From IMG/VR virus record IMGVR_UViG_3300020036_011017, positions 10,494 to 74,493 of that record: DNA of 64,000 bases. One strand, written 5' to 3'. Position numbers and translations under genes: made by a program. Below, piece after piece: positions 28,303 to 37,999 of this stretch. The notes under the pieces were generated by a model that worked only from the letters and a program-made list of their open reading frames with translations, had not been told where the DNA came from and made no database searches. Numbering within the stretch: the first letter of the stretch is position 1; every line of letters starts with the position of its first letter. The DNA comes from a virus. Lineage: Duplodnaviria; Caudoviricetes.

Positions 28303-28881
28303 ATGAAAATACACGAGAACTTAAAAGAAGTTATAGAAGAAATTCAATCAAAAAATAAAGTTCCAAAGTACACACAGAAGAGGCTTAAGTATCTTAGAGA
28401 GCTTGAAAAAACTTTAAAGAGAAAAACAGTTGGAGAAAGAAAATACATTAGTGCAGGAAGTGCTCTTACAACTTCTGCAGTTCAAAGATTAGTTGCTAAA
28501 AAAACTGGCTTTCAGATAAAGGATGTAAAAGAGATTTTAGATTCATATTTAGAAGTAGTCTTAGAAGAGATCTACAATAGAAGACCAGTTGAGATTTCTG
28601 GCTTAGGAACTTTCTTTTCTACGTATAGAACTATCAGACCTACAAGAAGCCCAACTGATAATACTCAAACCTGGCTAAGTCAGCCCGTAGCTCAATTAGT
28701 CTTTTATATTAAGAGACCTTTAGCATTGAGAATGAGAGAGATCATTTTATCAGAAGACGAGATAATGGCAAACTACTATCCTGCTGACTATGTTAAAGAA
28801 CCAAAAACTAGACTAATAGAAGAGCCTACAGAAAAAGATTTGAAGGCAAGAGAGAGAAATAAAGAGATTTTTCACTCTTAA
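28303..28881 (+). CDS. HU/IHF-like DNA-binding protein with N- and C-terminal extensions
   Basis: Central LVAKKTGFQIKDVKEILDSYLEVVLEEI...VEISGLGTF matches the HU/IHF fold. Confidence 0.7.
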   Translation: MKIHENLKEVIEEIQSKNKVPKYTQKRLKYLRELEKTLKRKTVGERKYISAGSALTTSAVQRLVAKKTGFQIKDVKEILDSYLEVVLEEIYNRRPVEISGLGTFFSTYRTIRPTRSPTDNTQTWLSQPVAQLVFYIKRPLALRMREIILSEDEIMANYYPADYVKEPKTRLIEEPTEKDLKARERNKEIFHS

Positions 28882-28895
28882 AGAATAAAATTAAG

Positions 28896-28963
28896 CGTTT
28901 TACGACAAGATTTTTATATTGTTAATAACTTATTCAACGTTGTAAAATACACGTTTTAAAATG
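28896..28963. repeat. 68-bp imperfect palindromic element, copy D
   Basis: CGTTTTACGAC...GTTAATAAC...CGTTTTAAAATG with AAAATTAAG / CTTAATTTT flanks. Confidence 0.65.
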
Positions 28964-29063
28964 CTTAATTTTAATTTTATAATCTTTTATTAAGTAGCTC
29001 TAATTATCTCTTTTTATATTCAATAATTTGTATTATTTTTATCTCCAGTTTTAAAACCAAGCT

Positions 29064-29807
29064 ATGAAAATAACTATTAAAAAAATACCTGATATTCTAA
29101 ACGATAATTTATCTCTAATTGAGAGAGGAATTTTAATTACTATCATATTAGTAAGAGACAGCAAACCAAGCTATACTCTAGCTAAAGCTAAGAAAGAAAT
29201 AAACTTTTCTAAGTATAAACAAGAACTTATATCTTTACACGAAAAGGGTTATATTTCTTGGAGTAGTTATGATGCAGCAAAAAAGTCATTAGAGAGAAAA
29301 GAAATCAAACCACAGATTATAGAGATCTTAGATTTTATGAATTCTTTATACCAAAGAGATTTTGGTGTTGTTGAAACTCGTATTACTCTTTTAGAAGCTC
29401 TTCTTAAAAAGTATTCAGTAGAAGAGATTAAGAAAGTAGTAGCTAATAGATATTCAGTTTGGAAAGAAGATGAAACAATGAAGAGATATCTAAATCCTGA
29501 AACAGTTTTTAGGATGTCTAAATTTGTAAAGTATTTCGACGAAGTTAGATTTACTAAAGAAGGAGAATCTTATCTAAATGCAGCCAAAATAGATCTTAAA
29601 GAAGGAGATGAAATAACTTATAGCATAGCTCAATCCTTCACAGATTCAGAAGCCTATTCTTTTAAGTCCTATGATTTAGATCCAGAGGAGAAGAGAGTTG
29701 GCATTGGTGTAAAAGAAACAAGATATGGAAAAGATATTAAGAGATTGTTAAAACGAAGAGATCTAAGCGAATCTAAAAGATTTTTACTAATCTATATTCA
29801 AAAATAA
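29064..29807 (+). CDS. Putative replication initiator / helicase loader (lambda O-like; conserved phage C-terminal domain)
   Basis: N-terminal HTH-like region and ILDFMN..KYSVEEIKKVV..W..D..M..YLNPETVF..KFVKY motif; directly upstream of the primase-helicase. Confidence 0.55.
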   Translation: MKITIKKIPDILNDNLSLIERGILITIILVRDSKPSYTLAKAKKEINFSKYKQELISLHEKGYISWSSYDAAKKSLERKEIKPQIIEILDFMNSLYQRDFGVVETRITLLEALLKKYSVEEIKKVVANRYSVWKEDETMKRYLNPETVFRMSKFVKYFDEVRFTKEGESYLNAAKIDLKEGDEITYSIAQSFTDSEAYSFKSYDLDPEEKRVGIGVKETRYGKDIKRLLKRRDLSESKRFLLIYIQK

Positions 29808-29809
29808 AA

Positions 29810-31750
29810 ATGAGCATATTAAACAGCCAGATTAGTTACTTTAATAGCATTAGACAGACAGACGTTGTAAGAAAATCTTATAGTATTGGAGACTGTATTA
29901 ATTCAATTAAAGAGGGAGATTTTAAGGATTTAATAATAAAAATTAGAAAGGGCAATAATGATGAGCTAAAAAAAGATTTACCTGCTATTGCAACCCACGG
30001 AGTTTTTAGAGACTATAGAAAAGCAAAAGATTTTATCTTAGCAAGTGGTCTTATAATCATAGACATCGATGATATTGAAGGAGAAGATTCTCTAGAAGAT
30101 ATTAAGCAGGATATAATGGAGTCTTTTAACTATGTTTTTTCAGCAATGATTTCTCCAAGTGGAAATGGTATTAAAGTTCTATGTTATGTAGAACCAGATT
30201 CAGTTACAGCTGATAACTACAGAGAGATTGGAAAATATCTTTCTAATGACTTTCAGCCTTATGGAGTCATTGATTACTTATCTATTACTGACTGTCTTCT
30301 TATGACTTGGGATCCAAATATCTTAGTTAATGAAGACGCTATTCCAGCAACAGTCTATCTTAAAGAGAAAGTACTTCATAAAGTTGAACTAGAGAAACTT
30401 GATAAAAATAAGATTTTGTGGACAGATGCAGAGGAATTTTTTGAGACTGTCCTCTTAGATAGCATTCAAGAAAAGTCATCTAATAACTTTCACTTCCTAC
30501 AGATGGGGATGCTAGATCTTGCTAAATATGGTTTTTATCACCCTAAGCAAGATTTATCTTTTGTAGTAGATTATGCTGAGGCAACTCATAAAAGATCAGC
30601 AGATAATAAAAATCGATTTTTAGAATTAGTTGAAATCTGTAAATCTTATCCACAATCTGTCTGGCCTTATAAGACAGTTAGAAGCGAAGAAGATGAGATG
30701 GAAGAAGAAGTAGACTATTCAGAATATACATCTAAAAAATCTAAGAAAGAAGATGAGGAGGAAGATGATGAGGACGAAGAAGATGGATTAATTGATTATG
30801 ATAATTTCTGGGATAGATTCTTAGAAGTTGCAATGGAAGGAGACAGAGTTGGAGCAGAGATTTCATTGAAGAATTTTGCTGATATTTTTAGATTTAGAGG
30901 TAGTGGAATTTTAACAGTAACAGGGATTCCTGGTCACGGTAAGACAGAGTTCATTGACCAATGTATTTTAGACTTAGCAAGATTATATGGACACGAAACT
31001 TTAATAGCAGGCTATGAACAGTCAGCAGAAGAACACGTTCTAAAGCTTACTCAAAAACTTATAGGTAAAAATATTACTTGCAAATCTTATCTAACCAAAG
31101 AAAACTTTCCTACAATTAAAAAAGCTCAACAGTTTATAGTATCAAAAATTAAACATATTAACACTATAAAGTTTGGTGGAGAAATTACAAGCCTATTAAA
31201 GAAGGCAGCTATACAAGTTCAAAAGTCAAGAGAGAATGGAGATGCAGGTGTAAGATATCTAGTAATAGATCCTTACAATATGCTTTCTCTAAAAGGATCT
31301 AAGTTAAATGGCTTTGAGAAAGTAGAAGAGATCTTAAGAAGAATTACTCACTTTTCTCATCAGATGGACGTTATGGTAATTCTAGTAGCTCATCCAGTTA
31401 AAATAAAAAAAGACCAGAAAACAGGTGCTTATGAAGTCCCAGATTTTTATTCTGTTAAAGGCTCATCAGCTTTCTTTGAAATGTCATACCACGGCTTAGT
31501 AGTATTTAGACACGGATATAAAGCAGGAGATACTGTACTAGTAAGAGTATTGAAGGTGAAGCAAAGCAAGTTAGGAAAGACTATGGCAGATGCTAATTTT
31601 ACCTACGAAGAAAACTCAGGTAGATATGTCCCTATAGATGACGAAGGAAATGAGGACTCAGGAGATCACAGAGCAAAAGACTGGTTAGAAAAAGCAATTA
31701 ATCTAAACAATGAAAAACCAAAATCCAAATCAACTAAAGCTCTTGCTTGA
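29810..31750 (+). CDS. Primase-helicase: VirE N-terminal (PrimPol-like) domain plus SF4 (DnaB/Twinkle-like) helicase
   Basis: KKDLPAIATHGVF, SGLIIIDID and ISPSGNGIK in the N-terminal part; VTGIPGHGKTEF, LVIDPYN, LVAHP and VKGSS in the C-terminal part. Confidence 0.8.
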   Translation: MSILNSQISYFNSIRQTDVVRKSYSIGDCINSIKEGDFKDLIIKIRKGNNDELKKDLPAIATHGVFRDYRKAKDFILASGLIIIDIDDIEGEDSLEDIKQDIMESFNYVFSAMISPSGNGIKVLCYVEPDSVTADNYREIGKYLSNDFQPYGVIDYLSITDCLLMTWDPNILVNEDAIPATVYLKEKVLHKVELEKLDKNKILWTDAEEFFETVLLDSIQEKSSNNFHFLQMGMLDLAKYGFYHPKQDLSFVVDYAEATHKRSADNKNRFLELVEICKSYPQSVWPYKTVRSEEDEMEEEVDYSEYTSKKSKKEDEEEDDEDEEDGLIDYDNFWDRFLEVAMEGDRVGAEISLKNFADIFRFRGSGILTVTGIPGHGKTEFIDQCILDLARLYGHETLIAGYEQSAEEHVLKLTQKLIGKNITCKSYLTKENFPTIKKAQQFIVSKIKHINTIKFGGEITSLLKKAAIQVQKSRENGDAGVRYLVIDPYNMLSLKGSKLNGFEKVEEILRRITHFSHQMDVMVILVAHPVKIKKDQKTGAYEVPDFYSVKGSSAFFEMSYHGLVVFRHGYKAGDTVLVRVLKVKQSKLGKTMADANFTYEENSGRYVPIDDEGNEDSGDHRAKDWLEKAINLNNEKPKSKSTKALA

Positions 31751-31849
31751 TGTAGAGATAGCAGAGCCTCCTAAAAAAGTAATTAAAGGTCTAAATAAAA
31801 TTTTACAAGCTCCAGTTTCAAAAGGCTGGAGCAAGGTAAAAAAGATTTC

Positions 31850-31928
31850 TAAAAATTTATAGCAAAAAGTTTGTTTAATAGAAATATGCTACTTATCTTT
31901 ACAGAGTAGAAATTTAAAACTAAACAAA
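31850..31928 (+). promoter_or_regulatory. Promoter/leader cassette, copy 5
   Basis: TTTG, 20 nt, TATCTTTACAGAGTAGAAATTTAAAAC. Confidence 0.8.
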
Positions 31929-32270
31929 ATGAAAAGACTTCAAGAACAAATCGCAAAAAAACAAGAAGAGTTAGATAATTTAATCTCTTTCTCTAATGAA
32001 AAAATTTTAATCTTCGAATCTCAGCTTGAGACAATTAAAGCTATATTAAAACCATATAAAGTTGGTGAGATTAGCACTGATAATAGTTTCGTAGATTTCA
32101 GCCCTATTGATAAAGATAGAATGTTTTTTAGAGTTTATTTAGGTGTATCTTTACATCTTTTAACTGATAAGCAGAAAAAGAATATAGAGTCAAAATTAAG
32201 AGAAGCTAAAGTTCCAATGCCAATAAGTCCAATTAGTCTAACCTCAATCTCTCTTGTATATCACAATTAA
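31929..32270 (+). CDS. Hypothetical protein
   Basis: 113-aa ORF behind cassette 5. Confidence 0.75.
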   Translation: MKRLQEQIAKKQEELDNLISFSNEKILIFESQLETIKAILKPYKVGEISTDNSFVDFSPIDKDRMFFRVYLGVSLHLLTDKQKKNIESKLREAKVPMPISPISLTSISLVYHN

Positions 32271-32280
32271 AAATAGGACT

Positions 32281-32484
32281 ATGAAAACTTTATTCTTTTA
32301 TGGAATCTCAACTCTAGGCTTTTCTTGTGCCTTGATGCTAATTAACCCTAATATACCTTGCAGAGTAGACTACAGCTATGGAGCTGTAGAAATAACTTTT
32401 GACTTAAAGTTTAAGAAAGAAGTAGGAAGAGCTATAAGAAGAACCTTCAAGAGAAAAGATTTTAGACAAACTCTAAACTCTTAA
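32281..32484 (+). CDS. Small hypothetical membrane protein (probable start 32281)
   Basis: MKTLFFYGISTLGFSCALMLI... Confidence 0.55.
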   Translation: MKTLFFYGISTLGFSCALMLINPNIPCRVDYSYGAVEITFDLKFKKEVGRAIRRTFKRKDFRQTLNS

Positions 32485-32578
32485 GCTATGAAAATCTTTT
32501 TATCAAAAGCCAAGTACCAACAAGCTGCTATAGCGTTAGCAGCAATTTATTTTATTCTTAATATAATTCTAAGATAAT

Positions 32579-32890
32579 ATGAAAGCATTAAAAATTAGAA
32601 AATTTTTATCTACTCTGCTACCTGCAGATGCTAGATATTTAGAGATTCAATTAGCAATGGCAAGAGATGCCAGAAAGATGATTGAAGAGTTTAAGTTATC
32701 AAAAGAAGGCTTCTGTAAATTATTGCAGATTTCTCCTGAGAGCTATGAATCTTATCTTAATGGAAGTTTCAATTATAATTTAGAGAAGATGGCTTTATTT
32801 CAAAGTGTTTGGGTACAGTTAAGAATAGAAGAAGCTCAATTAGAAGCCAAAACAGTTGGTACGTATATTGATATACCTGATAAGACTTAA
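32579..32890 (+). CDS. Putative XRE-type HTH transcriptional regulator
   Basis: MIEEFKLSKEGFCKLLQISPESYESYLNG resembles the XRE helix-turn-helix. Confidence 0.5.
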   Translation: MKALKIRKFLSTLLPADARYLEIQLAMARDARKMIEEFKLSKEGFCKLLQISPESYESYLNGSFNYNLEKMALFQSVWVQLRIEEAQLEAKTVGTYIDIPDKT

Positions 32891-32913
32891 AGCCTTTTTA
32901 AGATATAAAATCT

Positions 32914-32981
32914 TCATTGTATAACATTAAAATTCATTTTTAATACAAGTTATTAATAAGTTAAAATTATCTCTTAAAACG
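32914..32981. repeat. 68-bp element, copy E (left arm degenerate)
   Basis: ...TTTTTAATACAAGTTATT...TTATCTCTTAAAACG followed by TTTATTTT. Confidence 0.55.
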
Positions 32982-33065
32982 TTTATTTTTCAAAGATAAT
33001 TTTAGCAATCTCAATATTTCTTAGAGCTTGTCAGGCTGCGTAAATAGTGAGATTTTTTTGACTCA

Positions 33066-33090
33066 ATACATAAGATGAAAAAGCACTTTT
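33066..33090 (+). repeat. 25-bp direct repeat upstream of the RNAP gene (candidate phage-RNAP promoter)
   Basis: ATACATAAGATGAAAAAGCACTTTT; 24/25 identical to 35879-35903. Confidence 0.7.
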
Positions 33091-33508
33091 AGATAGTGCA
33101 TAGGTTCTTATTTTTTTCTACCTAATCAAAAAAGAATTTTACTGCGTCATACGAATCAAAATTGCTATTTTAGCATTTTGCTTTGGAGACATAGATTTTA
33201 AAGAGGATAGTTTTAAAATATGGATTAGCGAGCTTAAAGCCCAAAAACCAGTTTTTAAAAACATTCTTTTTTATCTACGTCTCCAAATCAGGATTTTAAA
33301 ACATCATAAAAGAGTCCATTGTTATCTTTTGATAACATATATACGCATTTTTATAGCAGCATTTTCAAAATAAAAACCAGCGCTCAAAGCCACCTGACTA
33401 AAGCTAGACTTAGACAAAATAAAATTTCTCAATATTTTTTAGATCTTTCTAGGATAATAGATATAGAAACATTAATTTTATCCAAGAATTAAAAAACCAA
33501 TTTCTAAT

Positions 33509-35827
33509 ATGAATAGTCAAAGCAGTTACGAAGAAAAAATGAAGCAAAGAGGAGAGAGCAAAGTGTGGAAGTCTACATACTCTCGAACTGGGGCAAATAA
33601 ATCAATACCGCAGATCCAAATAGGTCAGCAACTAATAATGGAAGAAGCAATTAGATTAGTTCCAATCTTTCGAGATTGGATAGATTTTAAGAGCGCAAAG
33701 CATTATAGAGGAGAGTTGAAAGCATACTTTGTTGAAGATCAGTTTTTACTACAAAAATTAGTAGAATCAATGCTGCTTCTTATCTCCTCATCAAGTCTAT
33801 CCATAAAGCCTGGAAAGATAACTACAAGACATAAAAGCATAGAATTAATAAGAAAGAAAATAATGCCTGAGAGCTCATTCGAGTTTGTCTGGCGCTTTTT
33901 GGAAATCCTTGTTGAGGAAAGCAAGTACTTCAAAATAGAGGAGCAGAAGTCAGTTGAGTTCGGTATGCTAAAAACTAACCTTAGATACTCTTCAACACTT
34001 CCAGAGATCATTCTTGAAAAATTAACCTTAGAAGCATCATTTGCTTTCTTTCCAGAGCCTATGGTCATCGAGCCAATAGATTGGTCTTATAACGACGAAG
34101 ATGGAGAGCTAAAAGGTGGTTACATAGATCAACAGTTCGAGATGGTTCGATTAAATTATCAAAAACCAGACTACTCAAAATACTCAGAAGAGATCTTTGC
34201 CTCAGTTAACTACATCCAAAAAGTTCCCTGGAGAATTAACTCACAGGTCCTTGAGATTTTAAAGCAAGATCTAAAGATGCCTGAAAAAGCCGATTTCATA
34301 AAAGCTGAGTATCCACAATCAGAAGAAGGTCTTTGGGACTTAGATCTAAAAGATGAGAACATCAAACTTTCTAAAGAAGAGATTGAGAAAATAGAAAATC
34401 GAAGAGCTGAGGTTAGAAGTCAAATTGAACTTTACTCAGCAGAAGCTAGAGATTTTGAATCTGCACTAGGAAAGTACAGAGCTACTAAACTAGCAATTGG
34501 AATAGCAGAGTGTTACCAAGACGAAGAAAAAATCTACTTCCCTCATTCATTTGACTTTAGAGGCAGAATCTACCCAATACCAGTAGGCCTCTCACCTCAG
34601 GGATCTGATGCAGTAAAAGCATTACTTGAATACTATCGTGGCGAACCATTGAATGAAGATGGCGAGGCTTGGGCGTGGGCTTATCTTTCAAGCTTGTATG
34701 GAGATGATAAGATCTCATTTAGTGAAAGAGTCACAAAAGGAAAAGAGATCTATTTAAACGCTGATTATAAAGAGGCAGATGAGCCTTATCAATTCTTAGC
34801 ACATCAGTTAGAACTAAAAGCTTTCTTACTAAATCCTGAACACGTTTTTAAAGGCAGAGTACATCTTGACGCCTGTAACTCAGGCTCTCAATTCACATCA
34901 GCAATGACTGGAGATCTAGCAGGTTGTAAAGCGACTAACGTCATTCCATCAAGTGAGAGACAAGATGCTTATCTACTTGTAGCAGAAAGATCTTTGAAGT
35001 TCACTAAGCAGATGATACTTGAGAATTTAGATGCAAAGGAGAATGAAGCATTAGTTTTATTCAGAGATTTGCTAGAGAAAGATGGTAGAAAAATCTGTAA
35101 GACACCAGTTATGGTTTCTAACTATGGAGGCACAGAGGGTGGAAGATCTGAATTAATTTGGGATTTATTAAGAGAGCTGAATGTAGATAGAGCTTTTATC
35201 ACTAAGAAGAACGCATCCTTGTATAGCAAAATAGTTGGAAGTTCAATTACTGGAATTTTAAATGGAGGAAAGGCCTTTGAGAAATATATCCACTTAATGA
35301 ATAATGCTATTACTAAGGAGAATAAAGCTATTACTTGGACTACAGCTGATGGCTTTCACGTTGTGCATTTAAAACAGAAAGAGCTAAAGCCTAAGCAAGT
35401 TGCTTGTCAATTACCAGGGTCAAGAAAGATAACTACTATTCTAAAGAAACTTTATTCAGAAGATATTTCTCCTGTGAAGATGAAGTCTGCTATATCTCCA
35501 AATGTAGTTCACTCATTAGATGCTGAGCTTTTAAGAAGAGTAGCACTGCAGATGAAGCGTAGAAGAGTTATGGATACTGATTGGATCCACGATAGTTTTG
35601 GAGCTCATCCAAACGATATAGATGATTTACTACACGTCACTAAGACAGAATTCAGCAAGATGATGCAAGGTAAGCCATTGGAGTTGTTAGATAAACAGCT
35701 TAGAGAGCAAGCAGATGGATCTAAAAAAGTATTGAAACTGCTAAGTTCTATTAGCATTCCAAACTTAAATGGCTTTGAGAATAACAGATTAGAGGAAGTT
35801 TTAGAGTCAGATTGGTTCTTTTCGTAG
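33509..35827 (+). CDS. T7-family single-subunit DNA-dependent RNA polymerase
   Basis: FDFRGRIYP, motif A LDACNSGSQF, motif B RKICKTPVMVSNYGG, WTTADGF, PNVVHSLDA, motif C IHDSFG and C-terminal DWFFS. Confidence 0.95.
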   Translation: MNSQSSYEEKMKQRGESKVWKSTYSRTGANKSIPQIQIGQQLIMEEAIRLVPIFRDWIDFKSAKHYRGELKAYFVEDQFLLQKLVESMLLLISSSSLSIKPGKITTRHKSIELIRKKIMPESSFEFVWRFLEILVEESKYFKIEEQKSVEFGMLKTNLRYSSTLPEIILEKLTLEASFAFFPEPMVIEPIDWSYNDEDGELKGGYIDQQFEMVRLNYQKPDYSKYSEEIFASVNYIQKVPWRINSQVLEILKQDLKMPEKADFIKAEYPQSEEGLWDLDLKDENIKLSKEEIEKIENRRAEVRSQIELYSAEARDFESALGKYRATKLAIGIAECYQDEEKIYFPHSFDFRGRIYPIPVGLSPQGSDAVKALLEYYRGEPLNEDGEAWAWAYLSSLYGDDKISFSERVTKGKEIYLNADYKEADEPYQFLAHQLELKAFLLNPEHVFKGRVHLDACNSGSQFTSAMTGDLAGCKATNVIPSSERQDAYLLVAERSLKFTKQMILENLDAKENEALVLFRDLLEKDGRKICKTPVMVSNYGGTEGGRSELIWDLLRELNVDRAFITKKNASLYSKIVGSSITGILNGGKAFEKYIHLMNNAITKENKAITWTTADGFHVVHLKQKELKPKQVACQLPGSRKITTILKKLYSEDISPVKMKSAISPNVVHSLDAELLRRVALQMKRRRVMDTDWIHDSFGAHPNDIDDLLHVTKTEFSKMMQGKPLELLDKQLREQADGSKKVLKLLSSISIPNLNGFENNRLEEVLESDWFFS

Positions 35828-35878
35828 ACTAAGGCTCTTCATTAAGTGCTTAGTAATCAAGACCTAAAGCTACACTCC

Positions 35879-35903
35879 ATACATAAGAAGAAAAAGCACT
35901 TTT
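35879..35903 (+). repeat. 25-bp direct repeat downstream of the RNAP gene
   Basis: ATACATAAGAAGAAAAAGCACTTTT. Confidence 0.7.
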
Positions 35904-36067
35904 CCAGAAAGTAGCTATTCTTAAAAATTAAGTCTATTAAAGAGTGTATTAAATAAATGAGATAGTTCTGCCGCGAACATACATCTCCACACTAAGGCAT
36001 TTTAGATTAAACTAATCCTCACTCTAGCTGTGGTCGCCAGGCCCTTGTTAGATGAGGATTTTTATTT

Positions 36068-36139
36068 GGCCCGTTCGTCTATCGGTTAGGACGCCAGATT
36101 TTCATTCTGGTAAGAAGAGTTCGATTCTCTTATGGGCTA
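36068..36139 (+). tRNA. tRNA-Glu(TTC), CCA not encoded
   Basis: Acceptor GGCCCGT/ATGGGCT, anticodon arm CCAGA-TTTTCAT-TCTGG, T arm AAGAG-TTCGATT-CTCTT. Confidence 0.85.
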
Positions 36140-36232
36140 CAGAAGACGGGAGATAAATCTTGAAGCAATACTCGTTAGAGGCATTCAGTAGATTCTCCCC
36201 GAAGAAATACTAACAACTAATAAAAAAGAGAA

Positions 36233-37402
36233 ATGAGTTTTGAGCTTCAAAATTACACTGAACTTACCCAAGTAGAAACTCTACAGGATACTAATCTTGG
36301 GATTATGAAATGGGGAAGAAGCAATTCATTTCCTCAAACTTTAGTTAACTTAATAGAGCAGTCTCCCTCAGCTAAACCAGCTGTTAAGAGGACAGCTAAG
36401 TTTTTAAAAGGAAAAGATTTTGAGAATAGCGATTATATTGTTTCTCCAAAAGGTCTTACTTTAAGACATATCGTTTCAGCAATGGCTGATGAGTACGCAG
36501 TTTTTGAAGCATTCGCTTTACATTGCAATTTTAATCTTGAGGGTAGAGTTACTTCTATTGCTCCAATTAAGATTCCAGAAATTAGATTCAATGAGTTCGA
36601 CGAACTTAATACAGCTAGTAAATTAGGTTACCATCCTGACTTTGGTCGTAATGCAGTAGAGAGAAAAACTATTGCTACAGTAGTAACAAGAGGAAAGATT
36701 AAATGGATTAATAAGTTCAATCCTGCTTCTTCTATTAAACAGATAGAGGAAACAAGAGGAGGCATCTCTAATTACCAGGGGCAGTTACTTTATTTTTCTG
36801 AAAGTGGAATGTCTAGATACCCTATTCCAACTCTACAGGCTCAGACAAATTATGTTCTATCAGATATAGAAAATAGTATCTTAGTGAGAAAAGAGACAGC
36901 AACTGGCTTTATCAATACCTATCTTCTAAAAACTATGCTAGAACATAGTGACGTAAATCTTATTGCTCTAGAAAACTCTATTGCAGATGCTCAAGGAGCA
37001 AGAGGTTCGGGGAAAGTAATCACTTTATCCGGCCTTTCTCCAGAAGAGATGGAGCATACAATGCTTGAAGAAATTGCTTCGGGTACTGGTTCAGCAGGCT
37101 CAGTCATTGAAAACTGTACTAAAACTTTTGATTTAGATCAAAAAGTAATAACAGGAGCTTACTTAATACCACCAGCCTTAGCAGGTATCGACTATAAAAC
37201 TGGCTTTAGTTCTAACGATCTTAGAGAAGCTTATTTCGTATTCAATGCAACAACAGAGACAGGAAGAGAAACAATTGAAGCAGAGCTAAATAGAATTCTA
37301 AAAAATTCTGTCTTCGATGTAAAGTCAATCAAGTTAGAAAAACTCACTTTAGATGAAGCAATTGCTCCAACATCTAAAGCTAAAGCAAAGAAAAATGTAT
37401 AA
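36233..37402 (+). CDS. Portal protein (probable)
   Basis: KWGRSNSFPQ, ETATGF, GARGSGK and I..AY.IPP.LAG pattern seen in Bacteroidota phage portals; size 389 aa. Confidence 0.75.
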   Translation: MSFELQNYTELTQVETLQDTNLGIMKWGRSNSFPQTLVNLIEQSPSAKPAVKRTAKFLKGKDFENSDYIVSPKGLTLRHIVSAMADEYAVFEAFALHCNFNLEGRVTSIAPIKIPEIRFNEFDELNTASKLGYHPDFGRNAVERKTIATVVTRGKIKWINKFNPASSIKQIEETRGGISNYQGQLLYFSESGMSRYPIPTLQAQTNYVLSDIENSILVRKETATGFINTYLLKTMLEHSDVNLIALENSIADAQGARGSGKVITLSGLSPEEMEHTMLEEIASGTGSAGSVIENCTKTFDLDQKVITGAYLIPPALAGIDYKTGFSSNDLREAYFVFNATTETGRETIEAELNRILKNSVFDVKSIKLEKLTLDEAIAPTSKAKAKKNV

Positions 37403-37904
37403 TCCTGACAACACAAAAAAGCTAGTCATAGTTGATATAGCTAGAGCAATGCAGGACTACTGCTCTATCCAGCCTGATATAGATCCAACTAAAATGCAAG
37501 CAGCAGAATTGGTTGCTCAAAATATTGATCTTGTTAGATTGATTGGTAAGGATAATGTAGCAAGATGTATAGATCCAGTAAACTTAGATGATGTTCCTCC
37601 AGAGGCAGATATAGCATTAAGAGAGCTGGTTTTAATTGCATTATGCTACTATACTTATTCAAGGCTTCTAAAGATGTTTCCTGGCACTATGACAGATTCA
37701 GGATATGTAGTTGAAGAAGGAGCAGCAAGTAAAGCTTTACTAGGAAATACTGCAGCAGAATACTATACTGTAGCAGAAACTTTTATGAAGGATGTAATGG
37801 AATTTCTTAAATTAGAAGATCCAACTACAGAAAAAGTAAAAGAATTAAATCTTACTCCAAACGTTCGTACTTTTGGAGGTAATGAACGCAGAGCCTCGAA
37901 CTAG
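37395..37904 (+). CDS. Putative head-tail adaptor (probable start 37395)
   Basis: Helical protein directly after the portal. Confidence 0.5.
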   Translation: MYNPDNTKKLVIVDIARAMQDYCSIQPDIDPTKMQAAELVAQNIDLVRLIGKDNVARCIDPVNLDDVPPEADIALRELVLIALCYYTYSRLLKMFPGTMTDSGYVVEEGAASKALLGNTAAEYYTVAETFMKDVMEFLKLEDPTTEKVKELNLTPNVRTFGGNERRASN

Positions 37905-37920
37905 TAAGACATCTCATAAA

Positions 37921-37988
37921 GTTTATAAGACATTCTTTTTGTCTTTTAATATCAATTATTATCAGAACAAAAAGATTGTCTTAAAACG
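37921..37988. repeat. 68-bp palindromic element, copy F (best-paired arms)
   Basis: GTTTATAAGACATTCTTTTTG...AACAAAAAGATTGTCTTAAAACG. Confidence 0.7.
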
Positions 37989-37999
37989 GAGATAATACA

